From Octopus vulgaris (taxonomy: Eukaryota), in assembly GCA_951406725.2 (NCBI GenBank), contig OX597825.1:6634001-6698000 (forward strand): a stretch of DNA of 64,000 nucleotides, read 5' to 3'. Under the pieces are notes generated by a model, which did no database searches, had not been told where the DNA came from, and saw only the letters and a program-made list of their open reading frames with translations. The number at the start of each line of letters is the position of its first letter. Within the stretch, counting starts at the first letter, position 1. Both the position numbers and the translations under genes were made by a program. Below are positions 1 to 12,311 of this stretch, in pieces.

Positions 1-547
1 TTTGAAGTTCAAATGGTTCTGTGAGCTCACCACACTGATAGTAGTTGTAGTAGTAGTAGAAATAGTAGTAGTAGTCTATCTTTAATTAGTCACAAAGGCT
101 TGAAGAAATACAAAAATATGAAACTTTTTCTTTAAGTGCTACAAAATAAAGTGGAGTTAAAAGATAAATTTCTAAAGATAAAAAAAGGAGGGGGTAGAGA
201 AATATACAGTATATGAATGGACAGATTAAGATTTTAAATAAATATATATATATATATATCAATGAAAATAAAATATAAACATACAATTAAGCTAATGACA
301 ATTGAACCACGATGTAATTAAAAAGAAAACAAAGTGAAAGATTAGGTTGGGTTTGAACACTCAACAATCTAATCCATTATGAATTAATCCTGATTATAAG
401 TGCAACCGAATGCAACAGTATGCATTTTTTTGAGATATTTAATGTTGAAAGACTCTATCTTCAAGATATACTCTTTTAAGATTCATTCCCCTCCCCTCCA
501 CTCTCATTGTGTGAGTGTGTGCGTGTTATGGATGCAGGAATAATTTT

Positions 548-952
548 TTTTTGATCAAGAAGCTCACTTCCAAACCATGTTGATTTTTGTTTCACCCCTC
601 TTTGCACAGGACCCTGGGCAATTGTATATTATTACAGTCTAGTCCTGGCCAAAACTTTTGAGTGGATTTAATAGACAGAAACTGAAAGAATCCCATTGTA
701 TGCATTTGTTTTTGAGTTTCTGTTTACATGTTCTTTGAATATCAATCTATAAGCAGCAAGGCTCTTGCCATTTCTCTGGTCAACAAAATCGTCTGCTGGC
801 TTTGCATCTTTGAAGACATGTGAGATACAAGATCCTTACTTGAAAAACAGGCAAGTGTTAGAGACAGCAAGGGCATCTGGCTATAAAATAAGGCCTTGAA
901 AATACAGTCATCTAACCCATGCTAGCATGAAATAATGGACGTAAAACAAATG
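548..952 (+). mobile_element. Old degenerate SINE (family A-like head with RTE-type 3' tail)
   Basis: Decayed match to family A head/body (gagtggatttaatagacagaaactgaaagaa) followed by RTE-type end aacccatgctagcatg...ggacgtaaaac. Confidence 0.5.
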
Positions 953-1244
953 AAAAAATATAGACAGTGTACACACACACACATCGACACAAAAGAATAA
1001 TTACTCTTTTACTTGTTTCATTCATTTGACTGTGGCCATGCTGGAGCACTGCCTTTAGTCGAGCAAATTGACTCAAGGACTTATTCTTTGTAAGCCTAGT
1101 ACTTATTCTATCAGTCTCTTTGCCGAACCACTAAGTTATGGGGACGTAAACACACCAGCATCAGTTGTCAAGCGATGTTGAGGTGGGGAGGACAAACACA
1201 GACACACACACACACACACATATATTATTCATATATGTAATATA

Positions 1245-1417
1245 TATTATTCAAAAAAATTCAACTCTATTTTTTATGTTTTATTTATATTCTTTATAAT
1301 ATTAATGAAGAATATAGAATATATAGTATAAATAGTATATATATAATAAAATGAAATGAAGTATTGATTGTCTTATTGAATTGATGAACTATTGAATATA
1401 TTGAATATGAAGGGATA

Positions 1418-1420
<3 letters not shown>
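1245..1420. repeat. AT-rich dispersed repeat, copy 1
   Basis: Near-identical to 59288-59463 (gaatatagaatatatagtataaatagtatatatat...aaatgaaatgaagtattgattgtcttattgaa). Confidence 0.8.
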
Positions 1421-1487
<67 letters not shown>

Positions 1488-1489
<2 letters not shown>

Positions 1490-1746
1490 CTGGTCACAAT
1501 GCGCTCGCATTGCTTTAGCCTTCAAATGATGCCACCCACTGGCTAAGTGAGCAAGCCAACAGAAGAAAGAGTGAGAGAAAGTTGTGGTGAAAGAGTACAG
1601 CAGGGTTCACCAGCACCCCCTGCCAGAGCCTCGTGGAGCTTTACGTGTTTTCGCTCAATAAACACTCACAACGCCTGGTCTGGGAATCGAAACCGCAATC
1701 CTACGACCGCGAGTTCGCTGCCCTAACCACTGGGCCATTGCGCCTC

Positions 1747-1747
<1 letters not shown>
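1488..1747 (-). mobile_element. tRNA-derived SINE family E
   Basis: Minus strand starts ggaggcgcaaTGGCCCAGTGGttagggcagcg...GGTTTCGATTCCc (A and B boxes) followed by a non-tRNA body. Confidence 0.85.
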
Positions 1748-1779
<32 letters not shown>

Positions 1780-2380
1780 GACGGGCTTCTTTCAGTTTCA
1801 TCTACCAAATTCACTCACAGGGATTTGGTCGGCCTGAAACTAGAGTAGAAGACACTTGCCCAAGGTGCCGTGCAGTGGGACTGAACCCGGAACCATGTAG
1901 TTGGTAAGCAAGCTACTTACCACACCTATTTATAAATATATTATATCTCGATTTATCGTAAATCTAAAGTATTCCACTTTAATACATGTGTCTCTCTGCG
2001 GTGTAGCAATATATGTTTCACATAAGTAGAACTAAAGCCAAACAGTGGAATTTTATATCAGTTGGTCATAACTAGTTTATGCGACTAATGGACACCGGCA
2101 TCACACAGAGAGAGAATGTTTAAAGAAAGGAGAAAACTTATTGAAAATGGATTATGAATACATTTAAGTAAATTAAGAGAGCAATAATAACCGACTCAGC
2201 CTGATATTTAACAGTTTAAGATGTTTTACAGTCAAAGTTACAACTGCAAATAAGCCATTCAAGTGTTTAATTATGTTGGAGTCAGTTGAGAGAAGGAATA
2301 AAGGAAAAGAGAAGGATTGATGTTAGTATACTAGTTCTGCGGTAGATTGTAATGTAGTAAGACCAAAAACTGCATTATAT

Positions 2381-2788
2381 ACTCTTTTACTCTTTTACTT
2401 GTTTCAGTCATTTGACTGCGGCCATGCTGGAGCACCGCCTTTAGTTGATCAAATCGACCCCGGGACTTATTCTTTGTAAGCCCAGTACTTATTCTATCGG
2501 TCTCTTTTGCTAAGTGACGGGGACGTAAACACACCAGCATCGGTTGTCAAGCAATGCTAGGGGGACAAACACAGACATACAAACACATACACACATACAT
2601 ATATATATATATATATACATATATACGACAGGCTTCTTTCAGTTTCCGTCTACCAAATCGACTCACATCCATTGGTCGGCCTGGGGCTATAGCAGAAGAC
2701 ACTTGCCCAAGATGCCACGCAGTGGGACTGAACCCGCAACCATGTGGTTGGTAAGCAAGCTACTTACCACACAGCCACTCCTGCGCCT
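2381..2788 (-). mobile_element. tRNA-derived SINE family A, full length
   Basis: Minus: aggcgcaggagTGGCTGTGTGG...GGGTTCAGTCCC, CORE-like cttgggcaagtgtctt, central microsatellite, (taaaagag)n tail; about 10 copies in window. Confidence 0.93.
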
Positions 2789-2862
2789 ATATATATTAAA
2801 TAAAAATGTAAAGTAATCTTAATGGTTGTGAATAATTGTTTTATGTGATCAAGCAAAGCAGA

Positions 2863-3093
2863 TTATGTTGCTAGGTGTTGGAATTCCCATGAATGGACTG
2901 TTTTACAAATAATTATTGTTATCACATCCAAAAGAAATTCACTTTCTGTAAACTCTCCTGTAAATACCGTTTCTCCTGCTTGATGTGATCTTAAAACAAA
3001 ATAGTTTCTATAATGTTTTGACTCTGCTGGCGTATTTCCCTGTTGGCCCTTCTCTTCCGTTCTGTCGGCGGCTTTTATAAATAATTCACGTGT
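2863..3093 (-). other. Candidate terminal exon (76 codons + stop), product unknown
   Basis: Acceptor ctctctag then open frame TRELFIKAADRTEEKG...EFQHLAT*; non-repetitive sequence; no recognised homology. Confidence 0.15.
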
Positions 3094-3202
3094 CTAGAGA
3101 GTGGATGATGCGATTTTCTATGACATACATTTTGTTGCTTGGTTTCAATTACAGAAAGAAATTAGAGATTTCAAAACAGAACTTATTTTGAAAAAGGAAA
3201 AT

Positions 3203-3346
3203 ACACACACGCACACACACACACATATATATATATATGCATATATACACATACATACTCAAACATACATACATATATATACACACATATACATATATAC
3301 TCACATATATACATGTATATATATATATATGTACATACATACTCAC

Positions 3347-3389
<43 letters not shown>

Positions 3390-3556
3390 TACACACACAT
3401 ATATACTCACGTATATACATATATATATATATGTACATACACACACACATACATAGTCACATATATACATATATATGTACATACACACACATACATATAT
3501 ATATGTACATACACACACATACATACATATATACATGTATACACACACATACATAT

Positions 3557-3587
<31 letters not shown>

Positions 3588-3688
3588 CATATATACACAT
3601 ACATACACACACATACATACATATATACACATATACTCACATATATACATATATATATATACACACACATACATATATACATACATGT
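3203..3688. repeat. Compound (TA)n/(CA)n/(TACA)n microsatellite
   Basis: Directly visible; source of the HIY/YMC-rich ORFs. Confidence 0.97.
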
Positions 3689-4001
3689 ATCTCACAACAG
3701 AGTAGATTAAATTACATAAGATTAAACAAGAGATGGAGAAAAGGGACACACAGACAGATTGCGAAAGAGAGCAAGTGGTTTAACGATCTATAGATATAAA
3801 GATGAATATGTATATTTAATATAATTAAATATGTTGGATAATGACTTAAGAGTTATCTTGCAACTAATTAGACCATTAATAAAATGGAATAAAGTGCCAT
3901 TTTATTTATATATATATATTATATTTATAGATAAATTCCTCTATTTACATAATATCGAAGTCTCGTTCATTCTTTTATTGTCATACCATCACTATTAATT
4001 A

Positions 4002-4035
<34 letters not shown>

Positions 4036-4039
4036 ATGT

Positions 4040-4405
4040 GAAGGTGCATAGCTCAGTGGTTAGAGTATCAAGCTAACAATCTCGAGGTTGTGAGTTCACT
4101 TCCCAAACCGGGCCATGTTTGTGTTCTTGAGCAAGACACTTTATTTCATGTTGCTCCAGTTCACTCAGCTGTAGATAAGAGCTGCAACGTCACTGGTGCC
4201 AAGCTGTATCGGCCCCTTTGCCTTTGCCTTGGATAACATCAGTGGCATGGAATGGAGAGGCTGGTATGTACAGGCAACTGCTGGTCTTCCATAAAAACAA
4301 ACCCAGGTTGTGCGTTTGCCAGTGAGGCAACTTTCCACCTGGACTTGTACCACGGAGGGGAACTTCTTAGGTGCATCCATGGTCTTTCATGACCAACAGA
4401 GTCAA
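4040..4405 (+). mobile_element. tRNA-derived SINE family D
   Basis: gaaggtgcaTAGCTCAGTGG...GAGTTCACTTCC head, cttgagcaagacact domain; homologous to 27324-27843 and 40157-40262. Confidence 0.85.
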
Positions 4406-4729
4406 GTTATATATATGTATCTGTGTGTGTGTTTGTGTGTGTGGAGGGAGCATGTAAATAGCAGGTCTATTGTTGAAAACTTTCGAATACACATGTTCTG
4501 TTTGTCTCTAAAGACATAGTGTTATGGAACCTCTTTAAGATGGTAAGGTTTGATTTTGACTGGGAACTGGAACTATTATGCTGGTGAGTGTATCTGATCG
4601 AATCAGTCTTATTGTGTGAAGACCTTAGTTTCTATAGTTACAAGAAGAACATAGAAAAGAGGAAACTTAACAGGTCAAAAAAGTCTGGTATTGTCCATGG
4701 GACAATGGTAAGAAACAAATTTTATTTAA

Positions 4730-4949
4730 CCCTTTCGAATTTAATCCAACCACATCAGGCCAAAATATTCTACCCGATCTATGGTAAGACAGGCCAGGTT
4801 TGGCCTCTCACACCTACACTACCATGTCATTGTAAAAATAAACAATTACAACATTGAAAATTTGAAGCTACAAGATAATGAATGGTGGATACAAACCAAT
4901 GGGAATAAATTAGCATCACGTTTTGGAGAATAATTTGAATACTAAAGGG
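4730..4949. mobile_element. piggyBac-type MITE
   Basis: TTAA|CCCTTT...AAAGGG|TTAA: TTAA TSD and short imperfect TIRs. Confidence 0.75.
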
Positions 4950-4987
4950 TTAAAATAGAATACACACACACACACGTGTGTATGTAT

Positions 4988-5150
4988 TATCATCATTTGA
5001 TGTCCACATTCCATGCTGGCATGGGTTAGGGGATTTAACAGGATCCAAGGGTTCAATTGACCACGTTATACTCCACTGTTTGCATTGGTATGGTTTCTAT
5101 AGCTGGAGAGCTGTTCCTAGCATTGACCCCTTTACAGAATGTCCTGGGTC
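4988..5150 (-). mobile_element. Degenerate RTE-LINE 3' end (family B)
   Basis: catcatttgatgtccacattccatgctggcatggg end motif. Confidence 0.6.
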
Positions 5151-5507
5151 ACCAGTAAAAGTGAGGGAAATATGAACCTACACAGCCATACATACACACA
5201 CATATTCTGATAGAATCTTCCATGTGTTAACATGTACCTCCTTGCCACAATGAAAATTTTTATTTAATGAAGATATCCTTGGCATGAAGAGTAGCCTGTG
5301 GTACATACCTCACTTGGATATTTACCACTTCTGAGGTTCTGCTTGCTATGAAACACATGTAGCCTAGATCTACTCCATTCCTTAACTCTTATATATATAT
5401 ATATATATATATAAGTAAGGAAAAATTTTTTTAAAAATGCAGAATGCTCAAATGAAAGAAAATTTTAATAAAATGAGAAAATGATAAAATATATAAATAT
5501 ATATATT

Positions 5508-5548
5508 TATTCAACCGGTTTTCGTCAATGTATGACTTGTCAAGAATA
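5508..5548 (-). ncRNA. Decayed minimal hammerhead ribozyme motif
   Basis: Minus: TATTC-TTGACAA-GTCA tacat TGAC-GAAA-accgg-TT-GAATA; stems I and II intact, two core substitutions. Confidence 0.55.
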
Positions 5549-5766
5549 TTTATGTTTTAAGAAGTTTTTTAAAAATTAGAAAGGGAAAAAAAGAAAATTG
5601 CAATGTTTTTTGTAAAAGAATAATGATAAAAATGTACAAAAATTAAAAAATAAGTTCTCCGATACATTGTGAGTTCGTTGTGTATCTTGAGTTTTATGGT
5701 TGTTTACCAAAAAATTACCTTGAGGTGTTAAGATCCAAAGGGATTAACAACCCCACCATTTATTGA

Positions 5767-5801
<35 letters not shown>

Positions 5802-6033
5802 ATAGGTATGTATTTCTAGCATCTCTATATCTAACTAACCCAGAAATGGCGGTCTCAAGTAATCGATGTACGAGTGATCTTTCATTATTTTTCCCGCTAT
5901 ACCTACATGAATTGTTTTTGAGTATACAATGTCTGGGAGACTCTTCTTATAGTAGAGGAAATATATAATTCCTACTAAATCTAAAATGTGTTTAGTGCCT
6001 CTGTCCACTCAGTCATGTACATGTGTATGTATG

Positions 6034-6086
<53 letters not shown>

Positions 6087-6103
6087 ATACATACGTATGT
6101 ATT

Positions 6104-6289
6104 CAGTCACCATGATAGATCGTTAGCCACTACACATTTTTTTCTCTCCTTGTTTTTTCTGTGTCCCTTTCTGTAGAAGTGCGTAGGCTCGAAATGTAAA
6201 AGACTTTTTCTATTCCTGAGCATTATACTAATACATCTGTTTGTTTTGTACACCACCTGTCTTCGTCTTTTGTTTTTTTCGTAAACTCT

Positions 6290-6292
<3 letters not shown>
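6104..6292 (+). mobile_element. Hammerhead-bearing short repeat family P2 (Penelope-like non-autonomous)
   Basis: Homologous to 20140-20349 and 52892-53134; motif CTTT-CTGTAGA-A-GTGC gtag GCTC-GAAA-tg-TA-AAAG at 6167-6202; abuts (TA)n. Confidence 0.75.
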
Positions 6293-6324
<32 letters not shown>

Positions 6325-6328
<4 letters not shown>

Positions 6329-6520
6329 TAATCCAAACATGAAAACACAACAATGCGAGGATGTGGAACAAGTATAGTATTATTGGATGCTCAGGAAAGA
6401 AGGAAAGAAGGAGGGTTTAACGTTTCGAGCGAAGCTCTTCGTCAGAAACATAGGAAAAGGAAAGATCCAAAGAAAGGAAGATGGAGGGAAAAAAATCGCC
6501 AACGGTACACACGTGGTCAC

Positions 6521-6522
<2 letters not shown>
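6325..6522 (-). mobile_element. Hammerhead-bearing short repeat family P3
   Basis: Homologous to 43250-43456; contains the intact-core motif at 6415-6449; abuts (TA)n. Confidence 0.78.
6415..6449 (-). ncRNA. Minimal type I hammerhead ribozyme (intact core)
   Basis: Minus: GTTT-CTGACGA-A-GAGC ttc GCTC-GAAA-CG-TT-AAAC; stem I GTTT/AAAC, palindromic AACGTT in place of stem III. Confidence 0.75.
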
Positions 6523-6552
<30 letters not shown>

Positions 6553-6573
6553 ATACACACACATGCATACTCA

Positions 6574-7474
6574 CATGGTGGTATTAAAAATTCTCCCAAA
6601 CAAATTTAATAAAAAATAACCTATTTCTTAAGTTCTAACATCATCTCCTTCGAAACAGTCACCTTACACAGCATTCCTGCCACTTTTGCAATCCAGCCTG
6701 GAAGTCGTTTTCTGTAAGTGGGTCAAGGACCTTCTGTGATTTGGTCTGGATCCGGAGAACTGTGTTAAAATAGTGACCTTCGAGCTGGCTTTTCATCTTG
6801 GCGAAGAGATGGAAATCCACAAGTGCTAAATCTGGCGAATAGGGTGGGTGTGGAAGTGATACAATGTTGATCTTTAGATGAGGAATTCATGAGTGAGGAG
6901 AGCTTGATGACAAGGATCACTGTCATCACGAAGAATCCAATTCTTTGTCCACCACAGATCTGGTCGCTTCCCCCAAGTGTCCTCAATCAAATGCTTCAAA
7001 ACATTCCAGTAGAACTCTCAGTTGATGGCCTGGCCCTGGGGAATGAACTCTCCATGCACAATACCACATTTTCGGGGGTGATGCTCGTGGCAGGTCTTCC
7101 AGAATGTTCATTGTCTTCCAGGGATGCTCTTCCATTTTTGAAGCACCCATGCCTCTTGGAGCATTGCATGTGACCCATAGCCTTGTCACTGTAACCTGGC
7201 CAAAGCATGCTCAATGTCTCTGTAGCAGACTTCCCAGGTTTAATGCAAAATTTCACGCTGACCCTTTGTTCCTATCCATCACAAAATCACAAACTACAGC
7301 AAACACATAATCACAAAAACACAAATTTCACCAAGTTACAAAGTAAAAACAGCAATGTCACTCAACACACTCTCTCATGAAGGTCACTGCTGGCTCTCAC
7401 TTCACACGCAACCATGTGCTGCCGTTTATTGGCGTGCTACAGAACTAGTCCAGGAACTTTTTGAAACCACCTCG
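6574..7474 (-). mobile_element. Internally deleted mariner transposon (transposase pseudogene)
   Basis: ORF 6996-7256 KFCIKPGKSATETLSML...SLEDNEHSGRP is a mariner N-terminal HTH; PPYSPDLA motif near 6825-6848; degenerate TIRs, TA at the right end. Confidence 0.9.
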
Positions 7475-7500
7475 TATATAGAAATATATATATATATATA

Positions 7501-7729
7501 TAAAATACAAAATGAGACAAGAACGCAAAACATCCGGACAACTAGGTGATACAAAAAGGGACAACAAAACATCCAGACAGACGATACAAAAAAAACAAGG
7601 ACGGGTCATTCGAAGCTTTTTGTCTTCAGTCAATAACCAGATCATCCTCGCAATTTCAGCTGATTAATCTTGTTGTCTCTTTTTGTATCACCTAGTTGTC
7701 CGGATGTTTTGCGTTCTTGTCCCACTTTG

Positions 7730-7736
<7 letters not shown>
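7501..7736. repeat. Foldback element, 67-bp inverted arms within (TA)n
   Basis: 7501-7567 is the reverse complement of 7670-7736 (3 mismatches counted). Confidence 0.9.
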
Positions 7737-7781
<45 letters not shown>

Positions 7782-7805
7782 CGACATATGTACACTTTGT
7801 TCTCT

Positions 7806-7852
<47 letters not shown>

Positions 7853-7971
7853 CAGCATAACGTACACTTTGTTCTCTTATGTGTGTGTATATATATATAT
7901 ATATATCTGAAGGAAATGTAGCAATAAGCATGTGAATAAGCTGTAGATTCTAAACTTAATTCTTCTGCGTT

Positions 7972-8003
<32 letters not shown>

Positions 8004-8616
8004 TATGTAATATGGATTTATTGGTTTTTATGTATTTCATGAAAAAGAAGGAAAATATATCCAGAAGGCAAAAAAGAATATGATTTTGTGCATTTCGATA
8101 TATTTCCAGAAAACATTTTACAGTGTTGAGATGTTGATCAGAAATTTACTAAGGAAAACTGAAAGAGAATTCTTTAAAGTCTTACAATTTAATGATTTAG
8201 AAACAGATTATATATTATTATAGGGTGGAAGACTCTAATGTGAAGTGAAAATTCTATCGGGACAAAACAAGATTTATTTTCTTTTCTTATTTGCAGACCA
8301 CTAAGTGGAAACAGCAGTTAAAGCAGATCCTGAATTGAAAATGTTAGAAAGCAGAAAACAAGAGAAGTCAGTTAAAATGCCTTGAAGTTTCTTCTTGCTT
8401 GAGAGTTTGTAAGGTGAAAGATTTCTTATGAGACTAAGAATTATGATATATCTGCTGGCAATTGGTCACTTATTATTTGAGGTGTTACACTGACCAGACT
8501 GTAGAAATATAAATTCAATAGTGAAAGTTGATAATAGAAAAATATGAAAGACAAACTGTTGAAAATTCAACTGACTTTCCAGGTTAACACATTAAACTAC
8601 ATACATATATATATAC

Positions 8617-8649
<33 letters not shown>

Positions 8650-8760
8650 CATATATATACCCCATACCCATCAAACTCAGCAAGAAAAACTAAATGAAGG
8701 TAAAAAAAAAAATTATTTTTATCAAGTTGAAAAATATTTCCATATTTGAAACTGACTTAC

Positions 8761-8961
8761 CTGTGTGGTCCATAACAAGAGCAAGATAGAGCAGCAGTAC
8801 TTTTGCAAAGGCAGGATATATTTTAGTGAAAGAGAGCAAATGAAGAGATAAACAGATTGGTAATGACCACCAGATAGAGTTGACAATTGTATTTGCCAGC
8901 CGGAGTAACAAGACTCCAACAGGCACAACAATATTTTCAGCTTTTCCTCATTATCTACTGG
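8761..8961 (-). other. Candidate internal exon (201 nt, phase 0/0), product unknown
   Basis: Acceptor tttctttag, donor CAG|GTAAGT, open frame PVDNEEKLKILLCLLESCYSGW...LLLLWTTQ. Confidence 0.3.
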
Positions 8962-9059
8962 CTAAAGAAACATCTAATAATTACATGCTCACCATTTTCC
9001 TAATGTATTTATAAAAAAAAAAAAATTATTATTATTATTATTATTATTTCATCATTATT

Positions 9060-9600
9060 TCACTCAGTACTTTGTAGGTGTTCTGCTGATATTTGGATTC
9101 CAAGATACTTAGTTGTATCCCACAACCTTAGGCGTCAAGCACGTATCCGATATTCCCTTCTGTGTTAAGAAAATGGGTTTTCTCTCTAAAGCCAGGAAAT
9201 TCATCTCAAACCTCACATCATCAACCAACCATTCAAACTTCTCGCAACCGTTTCCTAAGCTTCTGACTACAATTGGGATAATGATAACTTTACAGTGATT
9301 CCAGATTCTTTGAAGTTTGTATTTTAAGTCCTAGAATTATTTGTCTTACATTCTTTATTTGCCATTCCTGTATCAAACAGGCAAGAAATATCAATTAAAC
9401 AACACACTCGTCTCTTTGACAATATCTGGCCAGGAATGTTCTATTTGCTTATCTCTTTGAAGTTCCATATCCCACACTTCCTTCACACAACGGTTCTCAA
9501 AGATGTATTCTGTTTTTATGGCCCTACCATACTGCCAAATCTTTCTAATCCATAATTCTTTTCACAGATTTGTCAATGGATGATTGTTGCAACCTTGTTA
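9060..9600 (-). mobile_element. R4/Dong-type non-LTR retrotransposon, degenerate endonuclease region
   Basis: Minus translation VWDMELQRDKQIEHSWPDIV resembles the RLE WD..IQTD..I...RPDI motif; flanked by (TTA)n. Confidence 0.65.
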
Positions 9601-9837
9601 TATCTCTTTTATAATTATTATTATTAATATTGTTGTATTTATTATTATTATCATTATTACTAATAGTGTTGTTGTTGTTGTTATTATTATTATTATTATT
9701 AGTGTGATAGAGTAGGAAAATTGAGAGTGCCCCAGACAAAACACATTTACACATCTCTTTACATTCTCACGTTAAATCCTCCCAGAGTCGACTTTATATT
9801 TTATCCTTCTCAGTCAAGTACTTGAGGGTTGATCTAA

Positions 9838-10030
9838 GCTGAGGGGCTGCACCAGACTCCAGTCTGATTTGGCATGGTTTCTACAGCTAGATGCCCTTCC
9901 TAATGCCAACCACTCCCAGAGTATAATGGGTGCTTCTATGTGCCACCAGCACAAGTGCCAGTTGCAGGACACCAGTACCTACCACAACTACAATTTCCCT
10001 CGGCTTGATGGGTCTTCTACTAAAGCACCT
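9838..10030 (-). mobile_element. RTE-LINE 3' fragment (family B)
   Basis: ctgcaccagactccagtctgatttggc...gatgcccttcctaatgccaaccactcc. Confidence 0.8.
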
Positions 10031-10034
10031 GGTT

Positions 10035-10522
10035 CCTTACTGTGAATTAAGTTCTCCAACATTTCATACCAATTCATAAAAGGCATCTCATGTTTTCTGC
10101 TACTCCAGACATTTCCATAGTTCTTGTTATCCCAGAGTGAGATATCATATCATATCATATGCTTCATGACAATCAATCCATGCCATGCTCAGATTTGGGT
10201 ATCTTCTCTGGCAATTTCTGATGACTAGTTTATCAATCAACAGCTGATCTTTGGTTCCACGGCTCCTCTTTCGACACCCCCTTCTCTTCAATAGACAGCA
10301 ACCCACTTTTTACTTGGTGTTCATACAGTTCACTGGCCAAAAGACCTGACAATAATTTCCGCATTAATGGAAAGCCTGTTATTGGTCAAAAGCTGGATCC
10401 AATGTCATCCTTTTAGAAGATCCTTGACACAAATCAATGTCTTCCCTTTTATCATCCAGCAGTCCTGTGATCCTTTCATGGAGCCCTCTCACCATTTCAT
10501 TCAATAACCTTGGATGCCATCC
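10035..10522 (-). pseudogene. R4/Dong-type reverse transcriptase fragment
   Basis: Minus translation PITGFPLMRKLLSG...[17 protein letters not shown]...[12 protein letters not shown] with stops/frameshifts. Confidence 0.85.
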
Positions 10523-10582
10523 AGTATTACTATTATTATTATTATTATTATTATCATCATCATTGCTATTATTATTATTATT

Positions 10583-10811
10583 GCCTTTGCACAGTTTCTA
10601 AATGCTGCCGATGTACTACAGTGTCAGCTGTTCACTACCAGTGAACTAAGGTAACACCTCTTATTTTTCAAGCACCATCTGGAGTATTCGAGCAGTTCCA
10701 AGCAGTGCTGTTTTCTGCAAGTGCTCCACCCTTATTGCAGCCTCTATTTGTTCCATGTACTACTTAAAATTTTTACACACTGTTCCCAGGGCTCCGACAA
10801 TTATTGGTACC
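10583..10811 (-). mobile_element. R4/Dong-type LINE 3' end inserted in (TAA)n
   Basis: VPIIVGALGTV...HLQKTALLGTARILQMVLEK* plus 3' UTR; (ATT)n on both sides. Confidence 0.88.
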
Positions 10812-11527
10812 ATTATTATTATTATTATTATTATTATTATAGGTCTATAGAATTATAGGTCTGTGAATTAGAGTAGAATAAATAGACAAACTACAGCTCA
10901 TACTTAAATACTGTTAAGCTATTAGAAGATCGTAACCCATTGCATTACTTGACAACATACGGAGAGAGAGCGGGGAGGGGGAGTAAAAGAATTCAAATTA
11001 ATAAATAAATCAACACTCTTGCTATGCCTCTCCAGCCATGCCACTCTGCTGAACCACATTTCCCATAGCAAACACTTTACTCAGTCTTTCTACCCTCAGA
11101 CCTGTGTCATCTCTTTATAGCTTCCATATTTTCCTTCTCACCTGTCCTCGCAGTCTCTCAGGACACAAAAGACCATAAGCATCCCTCTTTCTTTCTCTAA
11201 CTAATACAAAACACTTAATCTGTGGTTAAATCTTTGGAGTCTGGAGCCAAGTTCTTCACTGAATGCCTATCGAGAACGGTCACATGACTGAGTGATACTA
11301 GAATATTACTTATGCTTTACAAACTTAACAAAACTCGCAAAATCCTCTCTAAATCCCGCATACTTTGTCTTTTTTACTCCAGAAAATATATCTGTCTGAT
11401 TCGCATTAGCATAAGCTGTAAAAGATTAAAGTCAGATGTAAAAAGGTTGAATAGTCAGTCAATACTAATCTAGTTACAATTGTACAATGTAGCAGGGCTT
11501 AGCACTGAATCTTAGAAAAGAAACAGA

Positions 11528-11558
<31 letters not shown>

Positions 11559-11855
11559 CAAAAAATGCAATATGAATGTATTAGATTATTATAATACGTG
11601 AATAAGAAACAAAAGTTTGAGTTTGACTTATTCTTTAACTCATAAAAAAAATATTGTTATAAAAATGTAAACATATTTTCAATATTAGTTTGTGAGAGAA
11701 ATTTCTTGTATTTTGTGTGAATGTATGAAAGTCGTTAACCATTGATACTTAATTAACAAATACTTAATTAACCCAGCACAGGGGAAACATAATTACAGAA
11801 CAAAACAGTTAACAAAATCATATAATAATAAAACTATTATCTGAATAATGAAACT

Positions 11856-11856
11856 A

Positions 11857-11920
<64 letters not shown>

Positions 11921-11938
11921 GTAATGATAATGATGATA
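11856..11938. repeat. (AAT)n microsatellite
   Basis: Directly visible. Confidence 0.95.
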
Positions 11939-12311
11939 CTGAATTCAGTTTAAACTGCAAGTGATTAATTATATTGTTTATTTTAATTAACCACAAAGCT
12001 ATTTTGCATAGAAGAGGACATAGTCAACTGAAGAAAATTCAGTTTTGTATTGTAACGTATGTTATGAATCCCAGAAGAGTAAAAGCTGAGGTGATCTCAC
12101 TAAGATCTGAACTCCAGATAGCAGAAGTGAATGCAAAATAAAAAAATTGTATTAACTGGTTCATAATTGTTGATTATTTACTCATTGGTAAAAATAACAT
12201 TCAATTATGATGTAAAGAAGCATTACACAATGAGTATAGTTCTGAGTATTGTTCAGCAAGAAAGTTGCATAGATATACACGTCCAGTATGGTTTGGTAGA
12301 TGTCTTTTAAC

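Larger units (their letters stand above)
1002..1926 (-). mobile_element. tRNA-derived SINE family A (CORE-like), interrupted by two nested inserts
   Basis: 3' half 1002-1220 and 5' half 1770-1926 match the intact copy at 2381-2788; inserts lie in the central (CA/TA)n. Confidence 0.9.

Noticed and set aside
3101-3793. 230-aa ORF and overlapping HIY/YMC-rich ORFs
   Set aside because: Translations of TA/CA microsatellite, open in many frames
8297-8410. Strong plus-strand splice acceptor (ttttcttatttgcag)
   Set aside because: Early stops in all three frames and no supporting partner exons; cannot be supported as coding
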